Positions 46,316-55,516 of a DNA stretch of 64,000 bases are shown here, in pieces. The position numbers were made by a program, and so were the translations under genes. Every line of letters starts with the position of its first letter. Position 1 is the stretch's first letter. This stretch comes from an uncultured Candidatus Saccharibacteria bacterium. Its GTDB lineage: Bacteria; Patescibacteriota; Minisyncoccia; Phycocordibacterales; Phycocordibacteraceae. Location of the stretch: the NCBI GenBank assembly GCA_964357395.1, contig CAYHLC010000004.1:920-64919 (forward strand), in the 5' to 3' direction. The notes below the pieces were generated by a model. The model made no database searches and was not told the DNA's origin. It was given only the letters and a program-made list of their open reading frames with translations.

Positions 46316-46534
46316 ATGTCCAAAACTATAACGTGCAAAGAGCTTGGAGGGGTGTGCGATCAGACGTTCACTGGTAACACGCTCGAGGAGGTTATGAAGA
46401 GCGGTATCCCGCATATGATGTCGGACGACGCGCACCAGAAGAGCATTATGGAAATGGAGGAGCGCACCGGCGAGAGCCAGGACCAGTGGATGGAGCGTAT
46501 GCAACGTGAGTTCGACCAGAAGTCTGAGGACTAG
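46316..46534 (+). CDS. DUF1059-family small protein
   Basis: MSKTITCKELGGVCDQTF signature. Confidence 0.6.
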   Translation: MSKTITCKELGGVCDQTFTGNTLEEVMKSGIPHMMSDDAHQKSIMEMEERTGESQDQWMERMQREFDQKSED

Positions 46535-46549
46535 GGTTACAATCAAAGT

Positions 46550-47062
46550 ATGAAGTGGGTCGTTACAGTTGGCGGCGCTCTACTGATCATCGGTATCGGA
46601 GCAGTGTACTATTTTGATTCTGATCCAGTTGTCAGCTCTTTTGCTGAATGCGAGGCAGCGGGGTACCCGGTTGGGGAGTCCTATCCACGCCAGTGCTGGA
46701 CCCCGGACGGCAAGCACTTCGTTGAGGACGTAGAACCTGTTGGTGAGTTTTGGGGCACCGCAGTCGGCACCGTTATGCTTGGCCCCACGTGTCCTGTTGA
46801 GCGCGACCCGCCGGACCCGGAGTGTGCTGACAAGCCCTACCAAACGCAGCTCGTCGTAACATCTGCTGACGGGTCGAAGATTATTAAGGAGTCTGGCTCA
46901 GATGCGAGCGGCAAGTTTTATATCGAGCTCCCGCCGGGCGAGTATGCACTACGCTCTGCTGCCGCGGGCAATATTCTTCCGTACTGTCAGAGTCCCACCT
47001 TCACCATTCACGCAAATGGATCTACGGAAGTCACCGTCTCTTGCGACACCGGCATCCGATAA
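46550..47062 (+). CDS. secreted hypothetical protein (Cys-containing)
   Basis: Signal/TM segment. Six Cys. Confidence 0.45.
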   Translation: MKWVVTVGGALLIIGIGAVYYFDSDPVVSSFAECEAAGYPVGESYPRQCWTPDGKHFVEDVEPVGEFWGTAVGTVMLGPTCPVERDPPDPECADKPYQTQLVVTSADGSKIIKESGSDASGKFYIELPPGEYALRSAAAGNILPYCQSPTFTIHANGSTEVTVSCDTGIR

Positions 47063-47082
47063 GCGATTGCTATACTGCAGAT

Positions 47083-47388
47083 ATGAGCTGGTGGGATGAC
47101 GTGCAGGCATACTACAAGGACAATCCGGAAGGGTATTGGTTCAAGGCGCGCCTCTACGGCTGGGGTTGGATGCCAGTTAGGTGGCAAGGTTGGGCAGTCC
47201 TTGGTGTCTACATCGCGTTCGTAATCACGCTCGCTCTTACAATTGCAGAGCCAGAGCCACCGCCGCGCGAGGTCGTTTTCACATTCCTCCTACCGGTTGC
47301 GATCCTCACTGCTACGCTTATCCGCATTTGCTATAGGAAGGGGGAGAAGCCGCGCTGGATGTGGGGCCCTCCAAAAAGGAAGGATTAG
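47083..47388 (+). CDS. hypothetical membrane protein
   Basis: ORF with two TM helices. Confidence 0.4.
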   Translation: MSWWDDVQAYYKDNPEGYWFKARLYGWGWMPVRWQGWAVLGVYIAFVITLALTIAEPEPPPREVVFTFLLPVAILTATLIRICYRKGEKPRWMWGPPKRKD

Positions 47389-47389
47389 T

Positions 47390-47746
47390 ATGCGACTCAT
47401 TGTTGACGTTAAAGTGAGCGATTTGGCGCGGGCAGTAGCGTTTTATACCGACGTGCTCGGCCTTACGTGTCGCGTGCAGGAAGCAGAGTGGGCGGGGATT
47501 ACGGTCGGTAATGCCGAAATACACTTGTATCTAGACGGCGGGGTGACGAGCGGCGTCGAGTGGTACGTAAACGACTTGGACGCCGAGGTGGCGCGCGTAC
47601 AGGCCCGCGGAGTTGAGTTTATTTCAGGTATGGATAAGCCGAGTGCCGTTTCGTACGAGGGCGGAATTACCACCTTCCCGTGGGGGCGCCTTGCTTACTT
47701 TAAAGACTCCGAAGGTAACGAATTGGGATTAGTTCAAGATTTTTGA
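47390..47746 (+). CDS. VOC-family (glyoxalase/bleomycin-resistance fold) protein
   Basis: VSDLARAVAFYTDVLGL and EIHLYLD motifs. Confidence 0.7.
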   Translation: MRLIVDVKVSDLARAVAFYTDVLGLTCRVQEAEWAGITVGNAEIHLYLDGGVTSGVEWYVNDLDAEVARVQARGVEFISGMDKPSAVSYEGGITTFPWGRLAYFKDSEGNELGLVQDF

Positions 47747-47759
47747 GTCTCTCGCGACC

Positions 47760-47996
47760 CTATGTTTTGGTAGGAGGTACGTCGACTGACAGCATCTTGG
47801 AGCGTGAGTGGTGGCCGCTGATGATGCGCACCCGAGAGGCAGGCACGCCGAAGTGTATCGCAACGACCTCAACTACGCGCCGGTTGGCGAGGTTCTGGGC
47901 CGCAGGCTCCTTGACTGCGACCGCAAGCTTGGCGTCCCCGGTAGGAGTGACGCTCTCGCGCTTGGCCCCTGGCGTCACCACAACTTTGACGTACAT
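47760..47996 (-). CDS. DUF167 (YggU/UPF0235) family protein
   Basis: VKVVVTPGAKRESV...LAVAVKEPAAQNLANRRVVEVVAIHFGVP pattern. Confidence 0.65.
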   Translation of the reverse strand: MYVKVVVTPGAKRESVTPTGDAKLAVAVKEPAAQNLANRRVVEVVAIHFGVPASRVRIISGHHSRSKMLSVDVPPTKT

Positions 47997-48029
47997 GCAC
48001 CCATACTACCCTAGTGTATTCTGGGAGGA

Positions 48030-49628
48030 ATGACTCAGGAGGAAGCACTCAAGATTTTGAAGACGGGAGTCAATGTCTTTTTGACTGGAGAGCCAGGCGC
48101 GGGGAAGTCGCACACTATTAATGAGTACGTGCGCTACCTCCGCGAGTGCGACATCGAGCCGTCTATCACCGCCTCAACCGGCATCGCAGCAACGCACATC
48201 CACGGCATGACCATCCACGCGTGGAGTGGGATAGGTATTGCGAACCATCTTACCGAAGAGGATCTGGATCGCATTGCTACCCGCGAGCACGTCTCACGTC
48301 GGATACGCAGCGCACGCGTCCTGATTATCGACGAAGTCTCGATGCTCGCATCGAACACGCTCGACATGGTGGATGCTGTCTGCCGCGAAGTGCGGCAGAA
48401 CCAGTTACCCTTTGGTGGGCTGCAAGTCGTCCTTGTTGGCGACTTCTTCCAGCTTCCACCAGTCGTGCGCAACCAATTCAGGGAGAACAGCGGGCAAGAC
48501 TCCTTTTATTCCGACCTGCCACCAAGCATCTTTGCCTATGGCGCAGCGGCGTGGGCCCGCTCCGAGTTGGTAGTCTGCTACCTCACCGAGCAACACCGTC
48601 AGGACGACGCGGAGTTCCTCTCTGTCCTTGCCGCGATACGTGCTAACGGGCTCACTGAAGCGCATCGTACGTACATCACGAAGCGTGTAGTGACCGGTGT
48701 CCCGGAGGGGGTGACCAAGCTGTACTCGCACAACGCCGACGTCGATCGTATCAATGCAGAGGAGCTGCGGAAACTGCCCGGAGCATTCAAGCGCCACCAA
48801 ATGGTGGGGCACGGCAGGGACTTGCTGCTCCAAAATCTGAAGCGGGGCTGTCTCTCGCCAGAGGTGTTGGAGCTCAAGGAGGGCTCGGCAGTCATGTTCA
48901 CCAAAAACAGTATCCAGGGCGGATTTGTAAATGGTACGCTCGGTACCGTTGTTGGCTTTGAGGCTGGTACAAACAACCCCGAGGTGGAGATGCTGAGCGG
49001 GCGGAGGTTAGTAGTGGAGCCGCTGGACTGGAATATTGAGGACGGGGGACGGGTCCTTGCGACCATCACGCAGGTGCCACTCCGCCTTGCGTGGGCGATG
49101 ACGGTACACAAGAGCCAGGGCATGAGCATGGACGCGGCGGTGATGGACCTCTCACAGGCGTTTGAGTACGGACAGGGGTATGTGGCACTCTCTCGCGTGC
49201 GACGCCTCTCTGGCCTCCACCTCCTTGGGATTAACCGCCGCGCACTTGAGGTCCACCCCGAAATAGTAGAGAAGGACGCCGACTTCCGCTCGAACTCTGA
49301 TGATGCAGCATCGACTTTTGGAAGTATGTCCTCTACTGAATTGTCCGCCTTGCACACCAACTTTGTTCGTGCCTCAGGCGGTAAGATGCCCGAAGGCCCA
49401 AAAACCAAAACCCTTCGAAAAGCAGAGGGCAAGAAGCCTGTAGCCAAGTTGGCAGAGATCAGGGAGAAGCACCCAAACGCCTACATGCCATGGACGGAGG
49501 AAGATGATGTGGCACTGACTGCAGGATTTGAGAGCGACACCACCATACACGCGCTTGCCAAAGAATTTGGCCGAAAACCTGGTGCTATCCGTTCCCGTCT
49601 TGTAAAACTCGGTCTCATAGACGCATAA
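48030..49628 (+). CDS. Pif1/RecD-like superfamily I DNA helicase with C-terminal HTH domain
   Basis: Walker A GEPGAGKSH, Walker B LIIDEVSM. Pif1-type motifs. C-terminal ~70 aa helical/HTH extension. Confidence 0.8.
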   Translation: MTQEEALKILKTGVNVFLTGEPGAGKSHTINEYVRYLRECDIEPSITASTGIAATHIHGMTIHAWSGIGIANHLTEEDLDRIATREHVSRRIRSARVLIIDEVSMLASNTLDMVDAVCREVRQNQLPFGGLQVVLVGDFFQLPPVVRNQFRENSGQDSFYSDLPPSIFAYGAAAWARSELVVCYLTEQHRQDDAEFLSVLAAIRANGLTEAHRTYITKRVVTGVPEGVTKLYSHNADVDRINAEELRKLPGAFKRHQMVGHGRDLLLQNLKRGCLSPEVLELKEGSAVMFTKNSIQGGFVNGTLGTVVGFEAGTNNPEVEMLSGRRLVVEPLDWNIEDGGRVLATITQVPLRLAWAMTVHKSQGMSMDAAVMDLSQAFEYGQGYVALSRVRRLSGLHLLGINRRALEVHPEIVEKDADFRSNSDDAASTFGSMSSTELSALHTNFVRASGGKMPEGPKTKTLRKAEGKKPVAKLAEIREKHPNAYMPWTEEDDVALTAGFESDTTIHALAKEFGRKPGAIRSRLVKLGLIDA

Positions 49629-49673
49629 AAATGATAATAGTAGTTTTGGTCGCCAAGTGCTAAACTGCACCAG

Positions 49674-49931
49674 GTGAAGAAGATCCCCACTGATTTTAAG
49701 CTACAGATCATTAAGCAGGGGAACTTGGTGATCGTGTACTCGCACGTCCTAGATATCTGCACTACCGGCAAGTCTGAGGAGCAAGCACGTGGAAATTTCG
49801 ATACGCTCGTCAGTATATTCCTGAAGGATGCAGAGGGGGACATAGATAAGGCGGGTCTCCTCCACCAGTCGCTGACCAATAGGGGGTGGACCAACCGCGC
49901 CAAGCGCTGGGTACCGCCTGTCGTAAAGTAG
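49674..49931 (+). CDS. HicB-like (UPF0150) small protein
   Basis: VIVYSHVLDICTTGKSEEQARGNFDTLVSIFLKD resembles the HicB N-terminal domain. No hicA seen. Confidence 0.35.
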   Translation: MKKIPTDFKLQIIKQGNLVIVYSHVLDICTTGKSEEQARGNFDTLVSIFLKDAEGDIDKAGLLHQSLTNRGWTNRAKRWVPPVVK

Positions 49932-49949
49932 GCGTCGTATACTATTGAG

Positions 49950-51269
49950 ATGAGGTTTGGAGCGCTCCTGGTTCTCGCGGTTTTTGTGATGCCCCTTGCC
50001 GCACAAGCTGAGGTGCGCGTCATCCAGTTCCCGGTCCAAGGGGACTTTAGCTATCGCAACGACTTTGGTGAGCCGAGGGACGGTGGCGCCCGCAGCCACG
50101 AAGGCAGCGACATTATCGCTCCAAAGATGACGCCAGTAGTGGCTGCGGTCGATGGACGAGTGACCTTTATTGCAGTCCCACAGGCGTCGTGGGGCTACTC
50201 AATAACTATTCAGGATTCGGAGGGGTATTCGTATCGATACCTACACCTCAACAATGACACCCCAGGAACCGATGATGGTCTTGGTGGTGAGTCGAACGCG
50301 TACGCCCCGGGCCTGTACCGTGGCGTGCGTGTCGTGCGTGGTCAGCTATTAGGGTGGGTGGGCGACAGCGGGAATGCTGAATCGACAGTCCCGCACTTGC
50401 ACTTCGAGATAGTGTCTCCCGGCAGGGTACCTATTAATCCGTATGACAGCCTCTACGCTGCCTCCGGCGGAGTCGGTGCGGGCACGGTGACTGGTACCCC
50501 TATTATGACGAGTGGTAACGAAGGGAGTATTGCTGCCGAGGAGGCCTTTGTGGCGACACGAGAGTTGCAGGAGGGGTCGTGGGAGCCGGAAGTCTTGACA
50601 CTGCACACACAACTGAAGGAGTTGGGATACTACACGGGAGAGCTCACCGATCGCTACACCGCGGTGACACGTGAGGCAGTCCGCAAGTTTCAGAATTCAG
50701 AAAAGATAACCCCGACCGGACTCGCGGATGCCGCAACTAGGAAGCGCATCGAGGCGCGCATCAAGGCAATAACCCCGGCCATCATTCCTGCCCCAACAGG
50801 AGCTGGTGGTGAGATGAAGCTCGGCGCCTCGGGCGAGGCAGTGCGCTTGGTGCAGGTGCGCCTACGCGAGCTCGGATACCTTACTGCAGAGCCGACTGGA
50901 TACTTCGGACCACTAACGCACGCGGCTGTAGTCGCGTTCCAAACAGCAAGCGGTATCGATCCAATAGGAGTCGTAGGACCCAAAACTAAAGCGGCACTCG
51001 TTGTCGCAACACCGAGCACTGTGCCCATAACTGCGAGCGAGCAGGCAAACGTTGGTACCCTGGTGAGCACACTTGCAGTAGGCTCGCGCGGCACTGAGGT
51101 TGCTACGCTCCAGTCGATTTTGAAGAATGCTGGGTATTTCCACTTTGACATCACCGACTACTTTGGCCCCCTGACCAAGGCTGCGGTCATTGCGTTCCAA
51201 ACCGCAAACGGCATCGAGCCCATAGGCATTGTGGGCCCCAAGACCCGTGCCGCCCTTAATACGTTATAG
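49950..51269 (+). CDS. M23-family peptidoglycan endopeptidase with three C-terminal peptidoglycan-binding repeats
   Basis: HEGSDI...VGDSGNAESTVPHLHFE M23 metal ligands. Three LGYYTG/LGYLTA...FGPxTxxAVxxFQ repeats. Confidence 0.8.
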   Translation: MRFGALLVLAVFVMPLAAQAEVRVIQFPVQGDFSYRNDFGEPRDGGARSHEGSDIIAPKMTPVVAAVDGRVTFIAVPQASWGYSITIQDSEGYSYRYLHLNNDTPGTDDGLGGESNAYAPGLYRGVRVVRGQLLGWVGDSGNAESTVPHLHFEIVSPGRVPINPYDSLYAASGGVGAGTVTGTPIMTSGNEGSIAAEEAFVATRELQEGSWEPEVLTLHTQLKELGYYTGELTDRYTAVTREAVRKFQNSEKITPTGLADAATRKRIEARIKAITPAIIPAPTGAGGEMKLGASGEAVRLVQVRLRELGYLTAEPTGYFGPLTHAAVVAFQTASGIDPIGVVGPKTKAALVVATPSTVPITASEQANVGTLVSTLAVGSRGTEVATLQSILKNAGYFHFDITDYFGPLTKAAVIAFQTANGIEPIGIVGPKTRAALNTL

Positions 51270-51276
51270 TGTTTGT

Positions 51277-51939
51277 ATGAAGAAATTATTTCTGGTGACC
51301 ATACTTGCCCTGCTCTGTACAGGGGCCGCGCAGGCAGCATCGACAGATTATTACTTAAAGTTGGGCGGGGTTGACGGCGAGACCAAGCGTGCCACTACCG
51401 CCCGCGCTACCACTACGGGCACGGTAACCACTGGGGAAAGTGGTGAGGCAGAAGGAAAGGTTGAATATGAATGGAAGGTTGAGGAAGGAGAGAGCGCTGC
51501 TACTCCTGGCGTAGAGCCGGATGAGATCGATTACAACGATGATGGAGAGCCGCTCACGCCGGATTTCAGCATATTACTTGGCGGTGGCTCAGACGATGAT
51601 AGCGAGGAGCGCCTGCAAGGGCTGGCGCGTGCCGAGGCAGTCTTGCTCGAGAACGCCAAGGCATCTGAGCAGGCGATAGAGAGCGTCTCTCTTAACTTTG
51701 AGAAGATTAGCACCAAGATTAAGCATGAGGTCAGGCTCTTCGGTTTCATCCCAGCGACAGCTACTGCTACTGTTGATATTGATGCTGAGGAGGAGGTGCA
51801 TGTCTCGTTCCCGTGGTGGGCAATTTTTGCCACTGGCAGAGACGATGATGCAGTTGGCAAAAAGGTGGTCGAGGCAATCGCGAACGTCCTCAAGACCAAA
51901 CACGACACGGTCAAAAACGCAATTAACAATGTCCGCTAA
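51277..51939 (+). CDS. secreted acidic hypothetical protein
   Basis: Signal peptide MKKLFLVTILALLCTGAAQA. Confidence 0.45.
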   Translation: MKKLFLVTILALLCTGAAQAASTDYYLKLGGVDGETKRATTARATTTGTVTTGESGEAEGKVEYEWKVEEGESAATPGVEPDEIDYNDDGEPLTPDFSILLGGGSDDDSEERLQGLARAEAVLLENAKASEQAIESVSLNFEKISTKIKHEVRLFGFIPATATATVDIDAEEEVHVSFPWWAIFATGRDDDAVGKKVVEAIANVLKTKHDTVKNAINNVR

Positions 51940-51953
51940 GAACAAATAAGCAC

Positions 51954-52316
51954 ATGTCATACGTTGATGGGTTCGTATTTGCAGTGCCAAAGAAGAACCG
52001 CGGGGCCTATATCAAAATGGCCAAGGAGGGGAAACGGATGTTTACCAAGCTCGGGGCGATCGATTACAAGGAATGTCGTCTTACCGACGCTACGCCGAAG
52101 TATGCGGAGCTCACCTTTCCGAAACTTATGAAGGCGAAGCCGAGCGAGGAGATTTGGTTCTCCTACGTTGTCTACAAGAGCAAGAAGCATCGCGATGCCG
52201 CAAACAAGCAAATGATGCGAGACATGGGCGAGTGGGAGAAGAAGGGTAAGAAGATGGAGATGCCGTTCAAGATGAACCGTATGGCGGTTGGCGGGTTCGA
52301 GGCTATTGTTGAGTAG
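51954..52316 (+). CDS. DUF1428-family protein
   Basis: MSYVDGFVFAVPKKNRGAYIKMAKE signature. Confidence 0.65.
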   Translation: MSYVDGFVFAVPKKNRGAYIKMAKEGKRMFTKLGAIDYKECRLTDATPKYAELTFPKLMKAKPSEEIWFSYVVYKSKKHRDAANKQMMRDMGEWEKKGKKMEMPFKMNRMAVGGFEAIVE

Positions 52317-53673
52317 AGGCAATCCCTCCGGAGATCGTGACAACACGAGCCTGTGTAGTCTTGAGATAGTCAACCACCTGGTTAAAGACTGAAGTGGGGA
52401 CACAGTAGCGGTCGCCACAGGTCGGCTGCACCTGATGCACCGTGATGATGAGCCACTTTTTTTCTGCGAGGGCTTGGTCTATCCAGCCTTTGGCGGTTGC
52501 CACCGTAGTATTGCTCTCAAGTCCGCGGCGCTCCAATTGGTACACGTCAGTACCAGTCGTGACCAAGCCGCCGTTCGATGATGCGGCGCTCTCAAAACCA
52601 GCGCTCTTCACCAACTGTATGGTCGAGGCGTTGTAACTGCCAAACGGGTAGGAGAACGACTTGACGGGTCCCACACCCCAACCAAGGATATCGTCGCGTG
52701 ACCCTTTGATCTCTGCAGTTGCTTGTGCCGTCGTCATACCGACGAGGTCGTTGTGTGTACGTGTGTGTGCACCTATCTCGTGGCCGCTCGCGGCAACCTC
52801 TTTGATCTGCGCTATGCTCATGTACCCAAGAAAATTATTGTCTAAGTTTTGCTTCGACACGGCGTAGAGAGTTGAGTCAAAGCCCACAGCGTCGAGCTTG
52901 GGGAATCCGTACTGGTACTGCGATGCCCAGTTGTCGTCAAAGCGAATCGTGACGGCACCAGTGTCAAATACAGAATTGCCTCCGCTCGTGCCATTCTGCG
53001 CCAGCGAGACATTGTCGATTGTAAGCTGCCCGTTTTGCTTGATGAGGTGGAAGATAGTGAGAGAGACTGCTCCCGACGAAGCAGTAAAGGTTCCTGACGC
53101 AGTCGTCCAACCGCTTGCCGCTGCTGGTGTCGCAATATCTTTGTACGTCAGAGTCCCATTGCTGTGAGTGAACTGCACCGTGACAAAGCTCGGCACGCTC
53201 GCTTGGTATCGGTCCGTGTACGTATACGAAGCGCCCGGGCTTACTGCAACATTGTTGAAGTACCATTTGGCGTCCCCCGAGACATAGTTGCTGACCTGCA
53301 CTCGCACGGCCTTGCCGGATTCGCCGCCGGATTGAAGGTAGGTGAGGAGGCGCGAATTGCTGCCATAGCCGCCCTTCTTCCACCCGCTTGGTAGGGTTCC
53401 CGCTGTGGTCTCAAATCCAGGATTAGGAATCAGGTTGGCGCTCTCTACTGCTACTGCAGTACTTGTTTGCTGCAAAGTAGCCTGCCGCTTCGTTTGCTTT
53501 GGCATGAGGTCAATAATGAGCTTGGCGCCGGGGAGGTTGAGCCACGCTCCTTCATTTTCCGGGGTCGATGAACTCTCGCTTTTAGGAACAGGCAGTGTAG
53601 CTGCGTATGTTGGGGTGAGTAAGAATGTGAGAAGTGTAAGCACAGCAGCAAGCGCCAAGAATATTTTCTGCAT
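52303..53673 (-). CDS. secreted polysaccharide deacetylase (NodB/CE4) with N-terminal carbohydrate-binding-module-like domain
   Basis: Signal peptide. NPGFETT...WKKGGYG CBM-like segment. CE4 motifs FDDNWASQ and IGAHTRTH. Confidence 0.7.
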   Translation of the reverse strand: MQKIFLALAAVLTLLTFLLTPTYAATLPVPKSESSSTPENEGAWLNLPGAKLIIDLMPKQTKRQATLQQTSTAVAVESANLIPNPGFETTAGTLPSGWKKGGYGSNSRLLTYLQSGGESGKAVRVQVSNYVSGDAKWYFNNVAVSPGASYTYTDRYQASVPSFVTVQFTHSNGTLTYKDIATPAAASGWTTASGTFTASSGAVSLTIFHLIKQNGQLTIDNVSLAQNGTSGGNSVFDTGAVTIRFDDNWASQYQYGFPKLDAVGFDSTLYAVSKQNLDNNFLGYMSIAQIKEVAASGHEIGAHTRTHNDLVGMTTAQATAEIKGSRDDILGWGVGPVKSFSYPFGSYNASTIQLVKSAGFESAASSNGGLVTTGTDVYQLERRGLESNTTVATAKGWIDQALAEKKWLIITVHQVQPTCGDRYCVPTSVFNQVVDYLKTTQARVVTISGGIASTQQ

Positions 53674-53882
53674 GCAATCAGTATCGCTTATAGGGTATGA
53701 ACAGGCGGTTAATGTTACATAGCAAAAAATGTTTCTGCTTGTCTGCAAGGGAATTCCGGATCCCTAAGTGATACCAAGCCGTATATTTCAGCTTCATAAT
53801 CTACATGAAGATTTGACTACACAACAAGAGTCACTGTTGCCTATATAGCGAGGCTCTCTACATGTATCTATCATGAATAGGT

Positions 53883-54677
53883 ATGAAAAACATACTTCTT
53901 GCAGCAGTGCTACTTAGCAGCATATTCTTACCAGTAAGCGCTACGGCAGCGACCGGTGACTACTTATACAATTTTAATTCTGCCGGAGTGTTAAGGGAGG
54001 CAGGCTCTTCCTTGGAGTCGACGAGCCCTTATTGGTGGCTCAACTCGGGTGCATACCTGGTAATACAAGACGGGGTAGGCAAGACCGTACAGGGCAAGTT
54101 GGCGTCCGCGGATCCATTCCGCGTACTCTACAATCGCACTAATCCGCTCGATACCGAAAACGGCTATTATCCTCAGAATCTTTTCCGCCTTGTCTCTAAA
54201 AGGACGTGGTCGAATGCTGAGACGAGCGTTACGTTCAAGGTTAATCGGCACACGATGACCGACACGCCGAACCGCGATGGGTATAGTGGTGTGCTCCTCT
54301 TTGCTCGCTACAAGGACGGTAACAACCTCTACTACGCTGGAATCCGTGACGACGGGCTGGCGGTAATCAAAAAGAAGGTGGGAGGCACATATACGACGCT
54401 CGCTGGCGGACAGGTATTCAGTGGTACGTATAACCGCAACACTGACTCGTCGCTTATCCCATCGAACCAGTGGATGCGCCTTGCTCTCGAGACAGTAGAC
54501 CAGGCAGACGGCTCGGTCAAGATCGTGCTGAAGTTAGACAAGGAGAATGATGGTACCTACCAAACAGTTGCAACTGCGACTGACAAGTCGAATCCAGTGA
54601 AGGGGGTCGGCAGTAGTGGTATCCGTACTGACTACCTTGATGCCGAGTTCGACAATTTCCGAGTCTCATTGCGCTAG
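53883..54677 (+). CDS. secreted hypothetical beta-sandwich-like protein (paralog of 54674-55516)
   Basis: Signal peptide. Shared motifs SPYWWL, NLFRLVS, NLYY.GIR.DG.AVIKKK, G.RTD. Confidence 0.5.
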   Translation: MKNILLAAVLLSSIFLPVSATAATGDYLYNFNSAGVLREAGSSLESTSPYWWLNSGAYLVIQDGVGKTVQGKLASADPFRVLYNRTNPLDTENGYYPQNLFRLVSKRTWSNAETSVTFKVNRHTMTDTPNRDGYSGVLLFARYKDGNNLYYAGIRDDGLAVIKKKVGGTYTTLAGGQVFSGTYNRNTDSSLIPSNQWMRLALETVDQADGSVKIVLKLDKENDGTYQTVATATDKSNPVKGVGSSGIRTDYLDAEFDNFRVSLR

Positions 54678-55516
54678 AGCTCGTCGACCAGGATAGGCCC
54701 GAACTCGACGTCCATAAAGTCCGTACGCAGCCCAATGCGTGCGGATTTTGTTATCGCCGGAGTGTCCTCGCCAACATCGGTGGTTGCAAGTACGGTGCGC
54801 CATTCCTCACTCGTCGCTTCGCGGAGTGCGAGCGAGATACGCACGGTGCCGTTTGTGTCAGTGGTCGTTTCGCTCCTGAGGTAAATCCATTCCTCGTGAG
54901 GCAAGAGTGACGGCGCCGACTCTCTGTGGTAGGCGCCGCTATAGAGCACTGCCTCTGCAAGTGTGTAGTACACCCCGGCAAATTTCTTTTTGATAACTGC
55001 GTGTCCGTCAACGCGAATGCCAGTGTAGTACAGGTTGTCGCTGTCTACGTAGCGACTCATAACAAAGAGGCCGTTCGACTCTCTCCGGTTCGGACTGTGG
55101 CTGAGATTATCTCTACGTATACGGAAGGCGGCTTCCACGCGGGGATTGTCCCACTCCAGGCGCGAGACCAGCCGAAACACGTTTTGTGGGTGTGCGCCAT
55201 CATCCGTATCGACAGGGTTGGTGGTGGCGTATGCGCGCCGCCATGGGTCGTCGCTGGGGAGGTCGCCAGTTATAGTCGAACCGATACCAGATTGGATGAG
55301 CAGCTTGCCGCCTGAGTCGAGCCACCAGTAGGGGCTAACGAGATTCGCTTCGTTAGATTCCTCGAACACTTCGTCTTTGTTAAAGCTGTACTCAAAATCC
55401 GGCACTTCCACAATGGCGGGAGGCGTTTTCGACTGGCCCTCAATGCTATAGAGTGTTGCGGCAGCGAGACACCCGCAGATAAGGAGCAGTATCCATCGTG
55501 TCCGCATAGTCATCAC
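54674..55516 (-). CDS. secreted hypothetical beta-sandwich-like protein (paralog of 53883-54677)
   Basis: See the paralog. Last gene of the polysaccharide operon strand. Confidence 0.5.
   Translation of the reverse strand: MMTMRTRWILLLICGCLAAATLYSIEGQSKTPPAIVEVPDFEYSFNKDEVFEESNEANLVSPYWWLDSGGKLLIQSGIGSTITGDLPSDDPWRRAYATTNPVDTDDGAHPQNVFRLVSRLEWDNPRVEAAFRIRRDNLSHSPNRRESNGLFVMSRYVDSDNLYYTGIRVDGHAVIKKKFAGVYYTLAEAVLYSGAYHRESAPSLLPHEEWIYLRSETTTDTNGTVRISLALREATSEEWRTVLATTDVGEDTPAITKSARIGLRTDFMDVEFGPILVDEL

Noticed and set aside
48599-49447. 282-aa minus-strand ORF inside the Pif1 helicase gene
   Set aside because: It is antisense to helicase motifs.
49674-49931. Calling this a complete HicAB toxin-antitoxin module
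   Set aside because: Only a HicB-like N-terminal domain is present. No HicA-like partner ORF lies on either side. It is kept as a low-confidence feature only.
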